A DNA stretch of 64,000 bases, from assembly GCA_964566575.1 (NCBI GenBank), contig CAZMKD010000024.1, positions 14 to 64,013 of the forward strand, read 5' to 3'. The stretch comes from an uncultured Verrucomicrobiota bacterium (lineage in GTDB: Bacteria; Verrucomicrobiota; Verrucomicrobiia; Palsa-1439). Positions 47,553 to 56,773 of the stretch are shown one piece after another. The notes beneath the pieces are model-generated. The model was given only the letters and a program-made list of their open reading frames with translations, had not been told where the DNA came from and ran no database searches. A program made the translations under genes and the position numbers. Within the stretch, counting starts at the first letter, position 1, and the number at the start of each line of letters is the position of its first letter.

Positions 47553-48932
47553 ATGCCGAGCCGCGTCCTGCTCATCAACAGCAACACCTGCGACCAGCCC
47601 TACCCGGTCTTTCCGCTCGGGCTTGCGCACGTGGACACTGCGCTCCGCAAGGCCGGTCACACCACGCGGTTTTATGATGGCCCGGTCGAAACCGACTCGC
47701 TGGAGAACATCATCACGGCGTTCGCGCCGGACTTCGTCGGCATCTCCTGCCGCAACGTGGACGACATCCAGATGACCCGACAGGAAACCTATTTTGACCT
47801 GCCGTCCCGGTTCACCCGTCAAGTCCGGGCAGCCACGCGCGCGCCGGTCATTCTTGGCGGCAGCGCGTTCTCGTTGTATCCGCAGCCGATGCTCGAACTG
47901 ACCGGCGCGGATTACGGCGTGCAAGGCGAAGGCGAGATTGCCGCGGTCCGGTTGATTGCCGCGCTCGAACGCAGCGCGAGTTTCCGAAACGTGCCGGGGT
48001 TGGTGTACCGTGAGGATGACCGGATCATCTGCAACGCCCGGCAACCCATGTCACCGGCGGAACTCGCACCGGCCGAGCGGCGCTCGGAGTTGGCGGAGTA
48101 CTACGCGCACCGCAGCTCGATGTTGAACATCCAAACCCAACGCGGTTGCCCGTTGACGTGTTGTTACTGTACCTATCCGCTCATCGAAGGCCGGGCCCCG
48201 CGCCGCCGCGATCCCGATGAGGTGGCGGAGGAACTCGCCACCATCGCCGGGCAGGGCGTGAAGTACGTGTTCATCACCGACTCCGTGTTCAACACCACCA
48301 ACGAACACGCCGCCGCGGTGTGCGAGGCGATCCTGCGACGGGGCGTGAAGATGCAGTGGTGCTGTTTCCTGCGCCCGAGCGATCTCGACCGGGACCTGAT
48401 CGGCCTCATGGCACGCGCCGGCATGACGCACGTGGAATTCGGCTCGGACAGTTTCTGCGACCCGGTGCTCAAAGAGTATGGCAAGTCGTTCACGTTCGAA
48501 GACATCCTCGAAGCCGGTACAAACGCCCACGCCGCGAAGATTCATCAGGCGCACTTCCTTATCTGCGGCGGCCCCGGCGAGACTTGCGAGACGCTGGAGA
48601 AGACGTTCGAAAACTCGCGGCGGTTGCCGGGTGCGGTGATCTTCGGTTTGGCCGGCATGCGCATCTATCCGGGCACGCCACTGCACGAGCGCGCGCTGCG
48701 GGAAGGCGCGATTAGGCCGGCTACCGGCCTGCTCCGGCCCGTCTATTACCTCTCGTCGGCATTGGATAAGGAAACGGTGTTGGCAATGCTGGAGGATTTC
48801 AAGCAACGCGCGCCCAACTGGATCGTCGGCGAGCTGCCGGCGTCGTACAACGACTTCGCCGCCCGGCTGCGACAGCGCGGCGTGGTCGGGCCGCTCTGGG
48901 AATATTTTCAGGCGCTACAACGCATGACGTAG
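47553..48932 (+). CDS. B12-binding radical SAM protein (HpnJ-like class)
   Basis: N-terminal B12-binding Rossmann region (LINSNTCDQPYPVFPLGLAHV), 'QRGCPLTCCYCTYP' cluster. Confidence 0.8.
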   Translation: MPSRVLLINSNTCDQPYPVFPLGLAHVDTALRKAGHTTRFYDGPVETDSLENIITAFAPDFVGISCRNVDDIQMTRQETYFDLPSRFTRQVRAATRAPVILGGSAFSLYPQPMLELTGADYGVQGEGEIAAVRLIAALERSASFRNVPGLVYREDDRIICNARQPMSPAELAPAERRSELAEYYAHRSSMLNIQTQRGCPLTCCYCTYPLIEGRAPRRRDPDEVAEELATIAGQGVKYVFITDSVFNTTNEHAAAVCEAILRRGVKMQWCCFLRPSDLDRDLIGLMARAGMTHVEFGSDSFCDPVLKEYGKSFTFEDILEAGTNAHAAKIHQAHFLICGGPGETCETLEKTFENSRRLPGAVIFGLAGMRIYPGTPLHERALREGAIRPATGLLRPVYYLSSALDKETVLAMLEDFKQRAPNWIVGELPASYNDFAARLRQRGVVGPLWEYFQALQRMT

Positions 48933-50069
48933 CGCGGCCGTGTCGAGCTTGCCCCGATCCGTTCGGGGCAACACGCGGGCGAGAATGTATCTCTTCGGCA
49001 GTTGCCAAACCGGCAACTTCCCACGCAACTCCGATTCGACTTCCTCGCATTCGGTTTCTACGGCAGCAGCGAGGTAATCGTTGCCGCGCGCGTCCTTCAA
49101 CACAGTCACCCACGCATCGGTCACGCCGACCACCGAACGCAGCGCGCGCTCGACTTCGGCCGGGGAAACTTTCTTTCCGCCAATATTGGCGACGACACCG
49201 ACGCGGCCGATGAGTTTGAGTTCGCCGTACCGGTTCCATTCCCCGCAATCCGTGAGGACTTGCCGGCCGACGACGACGCGGCCATCCCGGCGAATTTTCA
49301 CGGAAACGTTTTTTAAGGGTTTGCCGACGCCGCGGCCGGTGAGAGTGGCGTTGCCGGTGCGGTCGTAGCAGATGCCGCCGGTTTCGCTCGCGCCGTAGAA
49401 GTTGTGAATTTTCAGCCGGTAGCGCTCGTAAAATTGCCGGGCCACTTCCGGCGACAACGGCGCACCGGCTGAAATCACCAGCCGCAACGAGGCCGGCTTC
49501 TTTGCATCGAGCGCCGCGAGCGCGCGGAGGACTGCCGGCACAGTTGGGAACACGGTTACATTGTGTTGCCGGATCAAATCGAGAATCTCACGCGGCGTGA
49601 TCGTCTGCGCGCAGAGGACCGGCGTGCCTTGCAGGATCAGCGGCATGACGAGGTTGCCGAGTCCGTAGGAATGTCCGAACGGGATGAGCGCGAGGTTGCG
49701 GTCGGACGGACGGATGTCCATCGTCGCGCAGATGTTGCGGCCGTCATTGATGAGATGGGCGGGGCTGCAATAGACCGGCTTGAATCCGCCGGTGGTGCCG
49801 GAGGTGAGTTTGACGCAGCAGGCGCGCGCCGCGACGCGCGGGATCACCGGTGCCGAAGGATCGAGCGGTAACGCGGTTGCGCCGAGGCGTTGCGCGGCGA
49901 GGAACCGGATGAACCATCGTGCGCTGTTCGGTTCGCTGATCGGAATCACGCGGCCGGTCAAGTGCAGACGGTTGGCTTCGGCGGTAATGTCGGCGAACGT
50001 CCACACGCGCTCGGCGTCGATGACGGCCAGCTTGCCGGCGGGGTTGGCTCCCCAGAGTTTCCAGATCAT
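48915..50069 (-). CDS. AMP-dependent synthetase/ligase (short acyl-ACP/CoA ligase type)
   Basis: 'LTSGTTGGFKP' AMP-binding motif and 'YGASETGG'; starts at 'MIWKLWGANPAG'. Confidence 0.75.
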   Translation of the reverse strand: MIWKLWGANPAGKLAVIDAERVWTFADITAEANRLHLTGRVIPISEPNSARWFIRFLAAQRLGATALPLDPSAPVIPRVAARACCVKLTSGTTGGFKPVYCSPAHLINDGRNICATMDIRPSDRNLALIPFGHSYGLGNLVMPLILQGTPVLCAQTITPREILDLIRQHNVTVFPTVPAVLRALAALDAKKPASLRLVISAGAPLSPEVARQFYERYRLKIHNFYGASETGGICYDRTGNATLTGRGVGKPLKNVSVKIRRDGRVVVGRQVLTDCGEWNRYGELKLIGRVGVVANIGGKKVSPAEVERALRSVVGVTDAWVTVLKDARGNDYLAAAVETECEEVESELRGKLPVWQLPKRYILARVLPRTDRGKLDTAALRHAL

Positions 50070-51361
50070 ACGTCGGGGCGTAGTTCGTATTTGTAGCCGA
50101 GTTTGCCGAAATAGACGCGAAGTATGGGAGCAGTGATGACGGTGCTGAGAATGGCCATCAGCACCAACATCGTAAAGACGTTCGGCGGAATCACGCCGAG
50201 ATCGAGGCCAACGTTGATCACGACGAGTTCCATAAGCGCACGCGTGTTCATCATGATGCCGAGACAGCCGGCATCGGCCCAGGTCATGCCACAAAACCGC
50301 GCCGCCACGGAACAGCCGACAAATTTGCCGACGGTGGCCGCGCCGATGATCAGCGCGCACCAACCCCACAACGCGAGTGAGTCGAGGCCGTGCACGTTGG
50401 TGCGCAGGCCGGTAAAGGTGAAGAAAATTGGCAGGAAAAACACGCTGACAAAATGCGAGACGGTCTTCTTCCACGCCGCGACGAACTCCGCATGGTCGTG
50501 CAACATCATGCCGGCGACGAACCCGCCGAATATGACGAACACACCGAGCCGGAACGTAATCAGTCCTGAGATGAAGATGACCATGATCATGATCGCCATC
50601 AAGTCGTGGGGTAAGTGTTCATTGACCGGCTTCATGGAGTCGATGACGCGTTTCAGAAGCGGTCGTACGAGGAAATGGCACACCACGAGATAGACGGCGA
50701 GCAACGCGATCTGGATCGCAAAATTTCCCGGCGAAAACTGCGCCGTCGTCAACGCGCTGACAACCGCCAGCAGCGTCCAGCCGGTTAGGTCGTCCATCGC
50801 GGCGGCGGTGATCGCGATCGCTCCGAGCCGCGTGCGTTGAATGCCCAGTTCCATCATGATTCGGCCCAGAATGGGGATGGCGGTAATCGAGAGCGCGACC
50901 GCGAGAAAGAGCCGGTAGGCGAGGGCGTTGATGCCTGGCGCCAATGTCTGATGAGACCAAGTTCCGACGAGCCAGCCCAGCGCAAACGGCAACGCGATGC
51001 CAGCCGCCGATACGCTAAATACCGCGGCGCGATTCTGTTTCTCCTTCAAATGGCTGAAGTCGAACTCCAGCCCGATCTGGAACATGAGTAGGCACAGCCC
51101 GATTTGGCTAAGGATGATCATCGGCACGGGCGAGATCGAGTGGAATACAAACTCGAATTGATTCGGGAACAAACGGCCGAACAAGGATGGCCCGAGAATC
51201 AGTCCGCCGATGATTTCGCCGACGACGCGCGGTTGGCCGAGCCAACGCGCTACTTTGCCAGACAGCCGGGCGGCGGCGAGAATGGCGAGCAGTTCGATGA
51301 GGGTAAACGAAACCAACCTCTCGGTTTCGTGGACGGAGGTGGCAGCGGCCAGTAGGTTCAT
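50066..51361 (-). CDS. Cation:proton antiporter (CPA2 / Kef-type)
   Basis: 12-13 TM helices; N-terminal 'LIELLAILAAARLSGKVARWLGQPRVVGEIIGGLILGP' is the CPA2 signature. Confidence 0.8.
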   Translation of the reverse strand: MNLLAAATSVHETERLVSFTLIELLAILAAARLSGKVARWLGQPRVVGEIIGGLILGPSLFGRLFPNQFEFVFHSISPVPMIILSQIGLCLLMFQIGLEFDFSHLKEKQNRAAVFSVSAAGIALPFALGWLVGTWSHQTLAPGINALAYRLFLAVALSITAIPILGRIMMELGIQRTRLGAIAITAAAMDDLTGWTLLAVVSALTTAQFSPGNFAIQIALLAVYLVVCHFLVRPLLKRVIDSMKPVNEHLPHDLMAIMIMVIFISGLITFRLGVFVIFGGFVAGMMLHDHAEFVAAWKKTVSHFVSVFFLPIFFTFTGLRTNVHGLDSLALWGWCALIIGAATVGKFVGCSVAARFCGMTWADAGCLGIMMNTRALMELVVINVGLDLGVIPPNVFTMLVLMAILSTVITAPILRVYFGKLGYKYELRPDV

Positions 51362-52368
51362 CGTGCCAGAGCGTTGCCGGTGCGTGAGCGCAGGTATTCG
51401 GAGACGCTGACTGAGCTCGGCTTGCAGCCGGCACGGTCGATGGCGGAGAGGACGCGGTCTTCATCCATGATGAAGCGGTCGCGCCGGTAAATTGGGTACT
51501 GCGACTGATATTCGGACGGCGAGAGGTTGATCGTAGTGAGGTTGGCGCCGGCATTGAGTGCGCGCGCGTAGCCGTCGTAGCCAACCATCTTCAGCGCGCT
51601 CACCGCCGGGATGATCCAGTGCGGCGAGGCCAAGCGCATGAGGGCGATGCAATTCAGCGTAAGCTCCAAATCGCCATTGGGCTGGGTCGTAAACGGCGTG
51701 TCTTCGCCGGAGATGAACGGGCTGACGCTGTAGCCGGCCAGGGGCAGCCCCGCCAGAAGTTCGAGCGAATTGAGAATCATCTCGTCGGTCTGGCGGGGCA
51801 GGCCGACGATGATACCGGAGGAGACGTTCCAACCGGTCGAAGCCAGATACCGGATTGCGTCGAGGCGCTGTTCGAGCGTGCCAGGGGCGAGAATGTCGCG
51901 ATAATGGGCGGCGTCGCCCGTTTCGATTTTCAGCACACAGTAATCGGCGCCGGCGTCGCGCAATTCGTCAAACTCGCGCGGGGAAAGTGTGCCGAGACAG
52001 ACCGTGATGCCGAGCTTGGTGTGCCGGCGGAGTTGTCGGAAAAGCGGCAGGACGATTTCGCGCACGGCGACCGGGTCTTCGCCTGCCTGGATGTCGATAT
52101 CGGTAATCGCGGCTGGGCGGTGGTGGACGAGCAGTTCAAGGATCTGATCGGTTGTGAGTCGGTAGCGGTCGAGTTGCCGGTTGTCGCGGCGCATGGCGCA
52201 GTAGTTGCAGTTCTGCCGGCAATAACTGGAGATTTCAATGACGCCGCGCACAAATATCTTGCGACCAAACGTTGTGTCCCGTGTCTCACCGGCGATGTGA
52301 TGAAGGGACTGCTGCGCGGCGTCTGAACAATGAAGTTGCTCGCGCCCAATTGACCAAAACTCACCCAT
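51358..52368 (-). CDS. Radical SAM protein (BioB/HydE/ThiH-like)
   Basis: 'CRQNCNYC' cluster; TIM-barrel-type composition; 4-nt overlap with the downstream antiporter gene. Confidence 0.75.
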   Translation of the reverse strand: MGEFWSIGREQLHCSDAAQQSLHHIAGETRDTTFGRKIFVRGVIEISSYCRQNCNYCAMRRDNRQLDRYRLTTDQILELLVHHRPAAITDIDIQAGEDPVAVREIVLPLFRQLRRHTKLGITVCLGTLSPREFDELRDAGADYCVLKIETGDAAHYRDILAPGTLEQRLDAIRYLASTGWNVSSGIIVGLPRQTDEMILNSLELLAGLPLAGYSVSPFISGEDTPFTTQPNGDLELTLNCIALMRLASPHWIIPAVSALKMVGYDGYARALNAGANLTTINLSPSEYQSQYPIYRRDRFIMDEDRVLSAIDRAGCKPSSVSVSEYLRSRTGNALAR

Positions 52369-52601
52369 TCGTCGGCATCATAGCGAAATCGTGTCCGCAA
52401 GCACAATAGGAAGTTTGCCGGTTGAACTGCGCAGGCCGAGGGGAACTCACCGAACCTGCCCCGAGGCCAAGGCTGCCAGTGCTCCCCAATCCGTTGAGGC
52501 ACGCCGGCCAGACCGACAACACGGAATTGGACCGACTGTTGAAACTAAAGCAGTTAGTACCGGATTTCGATCCGAAGAAATTCGCTGCGGCGCGACGTTC
52601 G

Positions 52602-53363
52602 TTACCTGAAGAGCCCCTGGACGAAGCCGATTTCGTAAATCATGAACAGGCCAAACCCGATACTGACCAAACCAGAGACCAGACCAAATCTGCGATGAAA
52701 CGTGGCCGACCGACTTGCGGTGTAGGCGATCGGCAGCGCGATGGTCGCTGTGATTAACATCATGCCGGCAATGGTGCCGGCACCGAACACCAGCAAGTAC
52801 GCCACGGCCCACAATGGATTCTGGATGATCGGCAACACCAGCAACGCCACGGCTGCCGATCCAGCCAATCCATGCACGACGCCGGCAATTAGTGGCCGGA
52901 CCGTTGGATACAAGCGCCACTTGCCAAACCGGCGGTCGAGCCAGCCTTGCGGCGTGGCTTGTTCGGCGTGGGTGTGATGTTCTGGATGATGGCTGTGTTT
53001 ATGGGCATGGACGTAATCGCCATGCTGGTGTGGATGAACGTGTTCGTGAGTGGCCAGGCCAATCGAGCGCAAAAGGCACTTCAGATTCCACGCTCCTAGT
53101 CCGATCAGCATCAGCGCGACCGAAAACTCCAGACTCATTCCCAGTCGCGGTGGGATGACCAACCCGAACAACACGATTGCGCCACCAAGCGCAACGACCG
53201 TCAAGGTGTGTCCCAACCCCCAGACCGCGCCAATACACGCCGCGGCGCGGATGGAACGTTCGCGGCTAACGATCGTCGTCACGGCGATGACATGGTCGGC
53301 ATCGGTAGCGTGTCGCATGCCGAGGAAGAATCCCAAGCATATGATCGCGAGCAATGTCACCAT
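52602..53363 (-). CDS. Nickel/cobalt efflux transporter, NicO/RcnA family
   Basis: 'FFLGMRHATDADHV' motif; His-rich loop 'HEHVHPHQHGDYVHAHKHSHHPEHHTH'. Confidence 0.75.
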   Translation of the reverse strand: MVTLLAIICLGFFLGMRHATDADHVIAVTTIVSRERSIRAAACIGAVWGLGHTLTVVALGGAIVLFGLVIPPRLGMSLEFSVALMLIGLGAWNLKCLLRSIGLATHEHVHPHQHGDYVHAHKHSHHPEHHTHAEQATPQGWLDRRFGKWRLYPTVRPLIAGVVHGLAGSAAVALLVLPIIQNPLWAVAYLLVFGAGTIAGMMLITATIALPIAYTASRSATFHRRFGLVSGLVSIGFGLFMIYEIGFVQGLFR

Positions 53364-53821
53364 GCGGTCTGCTCACAGAAATTGTTGTGTGTCGTTCCCG
53401 CCCGGCGGGAATGAGTCACGATCAACAGCGGGGTTATCAGGGCAAATACCGACATCTTGAACATTCTAGTGCCAGCCTATTCCTGACGCCAGCTTTTGGT
53501 GCCGGTCGCGAAACTTACTGGTTAGACGACGACGACACATTCTCGAATTAGGACACCACTGGCAATCCACGGTGGGTTATGCCCCACAACTCAGGGCCGG
53601 CCCATTTCGGAGCCTGCCAGCAGTCCGGAAATTCAACGATGCGACAACCGGAAGAAGGTATGGTTACGACAATGATGACCGGTAGCGCTACGAAACACTG
53701 GGGATACTTCCTGATCTTTTCTTTCTGCGTCCTGTTAGCTGCCAACGGAGGGACGTTCACAACGATGCCATGCGGAGATTCTGGAGCGCGGGCGCACCGC
53801 GACGAAAATGCGGCCCGCCTC

Positions 53822-54133
53822 TCAGTTTCCCAGGATTTTCAGGAACGAGCGCAGCGGGCCGGTCTTTTGGGCGGACGCCAGGATGGTGTCGAGTTCGGTG
53901 GCATCCAGCCACAAGCCCCGGCAACTCGGGCAGACGTCCACCGCGCCGTGTTTTTCCGTCAGCAACATCTGGCCGCACTTGGGACAATGCATCCAGTGTA
54001 GGTCTTTGAGCCGGTGCTTTTCCTCGGCGGCGGCTTTCTGTTGCTGCTCGCCGGCCTGTTGCAGCCGCTGCTTCAGTTCTTGTTCCTTGAAGTACTGCTC
54101 TTCTCTTTCGCTGGGTTCAACCGGCACAGTCAT
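53822..54133 (-). CDS. Zinc-ribbon (zf-TFIIB-like) small protein, copy A
   Basis: 'HCPKCGQ…CPSCRGLWLDATEL'; coiled-coil 'EQYFKEQELKQRLQQAGEQQQKAA'; near-identical paralogue at 55148-55468. Confidence 0.6.
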   Translation of the reverse strand: MTVPVEPSEREEQYFKEQELKQRLQQAGEQQQKAAAEEKHRLKDLHWMHCPKCGQMLLTEKHGAVDVCPSCRGLWLDATELDTILASAQKTGPLRSFLKILGN

Positions 54134-54258
54134 CACCTCGGTTTGTTGGAGACAGGTTACACAAGACATCTACGACCGACAAGCAGGAAGCCGCCTTCCA
54201 AGTGCCGGTCGGTTTCGGTTGACGCAGGGGCGGACGACCAACACAATCGCTGTTCCAG

Positions 54259-55089
54259 ATGAGTGCGTTGATGATACCGCTGGTGATTTTCATTCTTTGC
54301 GACGCGCTGTTTGTCGTCTGGCCAAAGCGAGCGGCCCGTGGCGGGGGCGCGGGGAGGAACGGGCTTGGGCAGGCGGCGATGATGGCGGCGGTGGCGCTGA
54401 CGGCGGGATGCGCCGCGCCGACGAACTCGCTGTTTCCGCCCGCGGCCGGCGAGCCGGTGCGCACGGTGCACGTCGTCAACCACGGCTGGCACACGGGGCT
54501 GGTGATGGCGCGGGCCGATCTGCCGGCGGACTGGCCCGCGCTGGAGGATTTTCCCCAGACCCGGTTTTTGGAGTTTGGCTGGGGCGATGCCGGTTATTAT
54601 CCGGCGGAGCGGCCCGGGTTTTGGCTGGCGGCCAAAGCGGTGTGCTGGCCCACGCCGAGCGTGGTGCACGTGGCGGCCATCCCGGGCGCTATTCGCGAAG
54701 AGTTTCCGGACAACGACATCGTGGCCGTTGAGCTTTCGGAGGCGGGCTTTGAGCGGTTGCGCGACCGGGTGCGCCACACATTTGATCTGGTGGATGGCCG
54801 GCCCGTGGCGACCGCGCGCGGGTTGTACGGCGACGGAAAGTTTTACCGGGCGCGAGGAAAATTCTATTTTCCGCGGATGTGCAATTACTGGAGCGCGTCG
54901 GTGCTGCGGGCGGCGGGTTGTCCGGTAACGCCGGCGCGCGCGTGCACGGCCGGCGGTGTGATGGCGCAGGTGAGAAAATTCGGGCAGCCACTGCCGCGCG
55001 TTGCAGGCGGCGGCGGGGCGTTTTTCGACCGCGACGTGGACGAACTGCTCCGACTCCAAGACACGCCCCGCATCGGTCGCTGTACTTGA
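54259..55089 (+). CDS. DUF2459-family lipoprotein
   Basis: Lipobox 'LTAGCAAP'; 'VVNHGWHTGLV…LEFGWGDAGYY' is typical of DUF2459 (TIGR02117). Confidence 0.6.
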   Translation: MSALMIPLVIFILCDALFVVWPKRAARGGGAGRNGLGQAAMMAAVALTAGCAAPTNSLFPPAAGEPVRTVHVVNHGWHTGLVMARADLPADWPALEDFPQTRFLEFGWGDAGYYPAERPGFWLAAKAVCWPTPSVVHVAAIPGAIREEFPDNDIVAVELSEAGFERLRDRVRHTFDLVDGRPVATARGLYGDGKFYRARGKFYFPRMCNYWSASVLRAAGCPVTPARACTAGGVMAQVRKFGQPLPRVAGGGGAFFDRDVDELLRLQDTPRIGRCT

Positions 55090-55147
55090 TGGGCGTCGGC
55101 GCAAGACAGTGACACCGCACGGCCGGGCTGGCAAGCAGTTGGTGGCG

Positions 55148-55468
55148 TCACTTGCCGAGGATTTTCAGAAACGAACGCAGCGGGCCGGTCTTCTGGGTGG
55201 ACGCCAAGATGGTGTCGAGTTCGGTGGCGTCCAGCCACAAGCCCCGGTAAGTTGGGCAGACGTCCACGTCCACCGCGCCGTATTTTTCCGTCAGCAACGT
55301 CTGGCCACACTTGGGACAATGCATCCAGTGCAGGCCCTTGAGCCGTTGTTTTTCCTCTCCGGCGGCTTTCTGTTGCTGCTCGCCGGCCTGTTGCAGTCGC
55401 CGTTTCAGTTCTTGTTCCTTGAAGTATTGCTCTTCCCTGTTGCTCGGTTCAACGGGCATGGGGTTCAT
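55148..55468 (-). CDS. Zinc-ribbon (zf-TFIIB-like) small protein, copy B
   Basis: ~90% identical to copy A at both protein and DNA level. Confidence 0.6.
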   Translation of the reverse strand: MNPMPVEPSNREEQYFKEQELKRRLQQAGEQQQKAAGEEKQRLKGLHWMHCPKCGQTLLTEKYGAVDVDVCPTYRGLWLDATELDTILASTQKTGPLRSFLKILGK

Positions 55469-55856
55469 TTTCCTTTCCGTGGGTTAAGGTCGCTTTCTGA
55501 TCAAGCAACTTCAGAATCATCACTACCGAGGCGGCCAGCATCAAACTGATCAACGTGGCGGCCACAACCTTTTCAGACTGACCGGCCGCCACCGCCTGCC
55601 AGCCCATCACAGTCCGCCAGCTAAACACGATCGTGAGCAAGAGGGTGGTGACCAAGGCGGCGGTGCGACTCCAGCGTTTCCCACGCGCCATGAGGATGCC
55701 CCACAGTAGGGAAAGCCCCCCGAATGTGCCGCCGGAAATCAGGGCCGTCCTGGCCTTTTCGGGATTCGACAGGAATCCCACCACGCCAATCACGATGAGA
55801 AACAGGCCGTAAGCCACGACCCAGCGCGCCAGTGGTTGCGACTGTTGCATGTTCAC
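55449..55856 (-). CDS. Small hypothetical membrane protein (four TM helices)
   Basis: Four hydrophobic helices; 135 aa. Confidence 0.5.
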   Translation of the reverse strand: MNMQQSQPLARWVVAYGLFLIVIGVVGFLSNPEKARTALISGGTFGGLSLLWGILMARGKRWSRTAALVTTLLLTIVFSWRTVMGWQAVAAGQSEKVVAATLISLMLAASVVMILKLLDQKATLTHGKENEPHAR

Positions 55857-55880
55857 GTGACTCCCTCCTTTGACCCGTGC

Positions 55881-56768
55881 TTACTTTTTTGCGGGTGTGC
55901 CCCCAGCGGTGGGGCTGCCGAGGTAGCGGAACAGATCGGAGTCGGTCGACAGAAACAGCGTGGTGCGTTTCCCCAGAAACTGTTCATACGCATGCAGGCT
56001 GCGCAGGAAAGTGTAGAACTCCGGGTCCTTGCCGTAGGCCTCCGCGTAAATCTTCGTGGCCGTGGCGTCGCCTTCGCCGCGCAGTTTCTGCGCCTGTTGT
56101 TCGGCGGTGGCTAGGATGATCGTGCGGTCCTTGTCGGTCTCGGCGCGCAGTTTGGCGGCTTCTTCTTCGCCTTCGCTGCGGTAGCGTTTGGCCTCACGTT
56201 CGCGTTCGGCCTGCATGCGGGCGAACACGCTGGCCTGCACTTCACGTGGCAGGTCGGCGCGTTTGATGCGCACGTCCACCACTTCGATGCCGAACTCGCG
56301 CGCCTTTTCACGCGCGGTGGCGGCGACGGCCTCCATGATCGGCTCGCGTTTCGCGCCGATGACGGCCGCAAAGGTGTGGCTGGCCACTTCGCGGCGCAGT
56401 TCGGAGAACACCAGGTCGTCCAAGCGCGCGCGGGCACCGGACTCGTCGCGGACGGTCTTGTAGAACAGCAGCGGATCGCTGATGCGCCAGCGGGTGATCG
56501 GGTCGGCGACCAGCCGTTTCTTGTCCTGCGTGAGGTATTCGGCCTGCGGGGCGTCGCTGACCAGGTTGCGCCGGTCGAACCGGTTGACGGTCTGGAGGAA
56601 CGGCAGTTTGAACGCCAACCCCGGTTGCTGGATGGTGCGCTTGTATTCGCCGAACTGGGTGATGACGACTTGTTCGGTCTCATTCACGTTGAAGAACGTT
56701 TGGTTGGAGACGATGAGTGCGACGGCGATCAGGATCAGGCCGCCGATGCTGAAGAGTTGTTTGGTCAT
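55881..56768 (-). CDS. hflC: Protease modulator HflC (SPFH/band-7)
   Basis: N-terminal TM plus an SPFH domain; located downstream of hflK. Confidence 0.85.
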   Translation of the reverse strand: MTKQLFSIGGLILIAVALIVSNQTFFNVNETEQVVITQFGEYKRTIQQPGLAFKLPFLQTVNRFDRRNLVSDAPQAEYLTQDKKRLVADPITRWRISDPLLFYKTVRDESGARARLDDLVFSELRREVASHTFAAVIGAKREPIMEAVAATAREKAREFGIEVVDVRIKRADLPREVQASVFARMQAEREREAKRYRSEGEEEAAKLRAETDKDRTIILATAEQQAQKLRGEGDATATKIYAEAYGKDPEFYTFLRSLHAYEQFLGKRTTLFLSTDSDLFRYLGSPTAGGTPAKK

Positions 56769-56773
56769 AATGA

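Noticed and set aside
53364-53560. Possible metal (NiCo) or cobalamin riboswitch in the ~200-nt nicO leader
   Set aside because: 'GCCAGTGG' only loosely resembles a B12 box and no conserved riboswitch core was recognised by eye; an Rfam/Infernal scan would be needed
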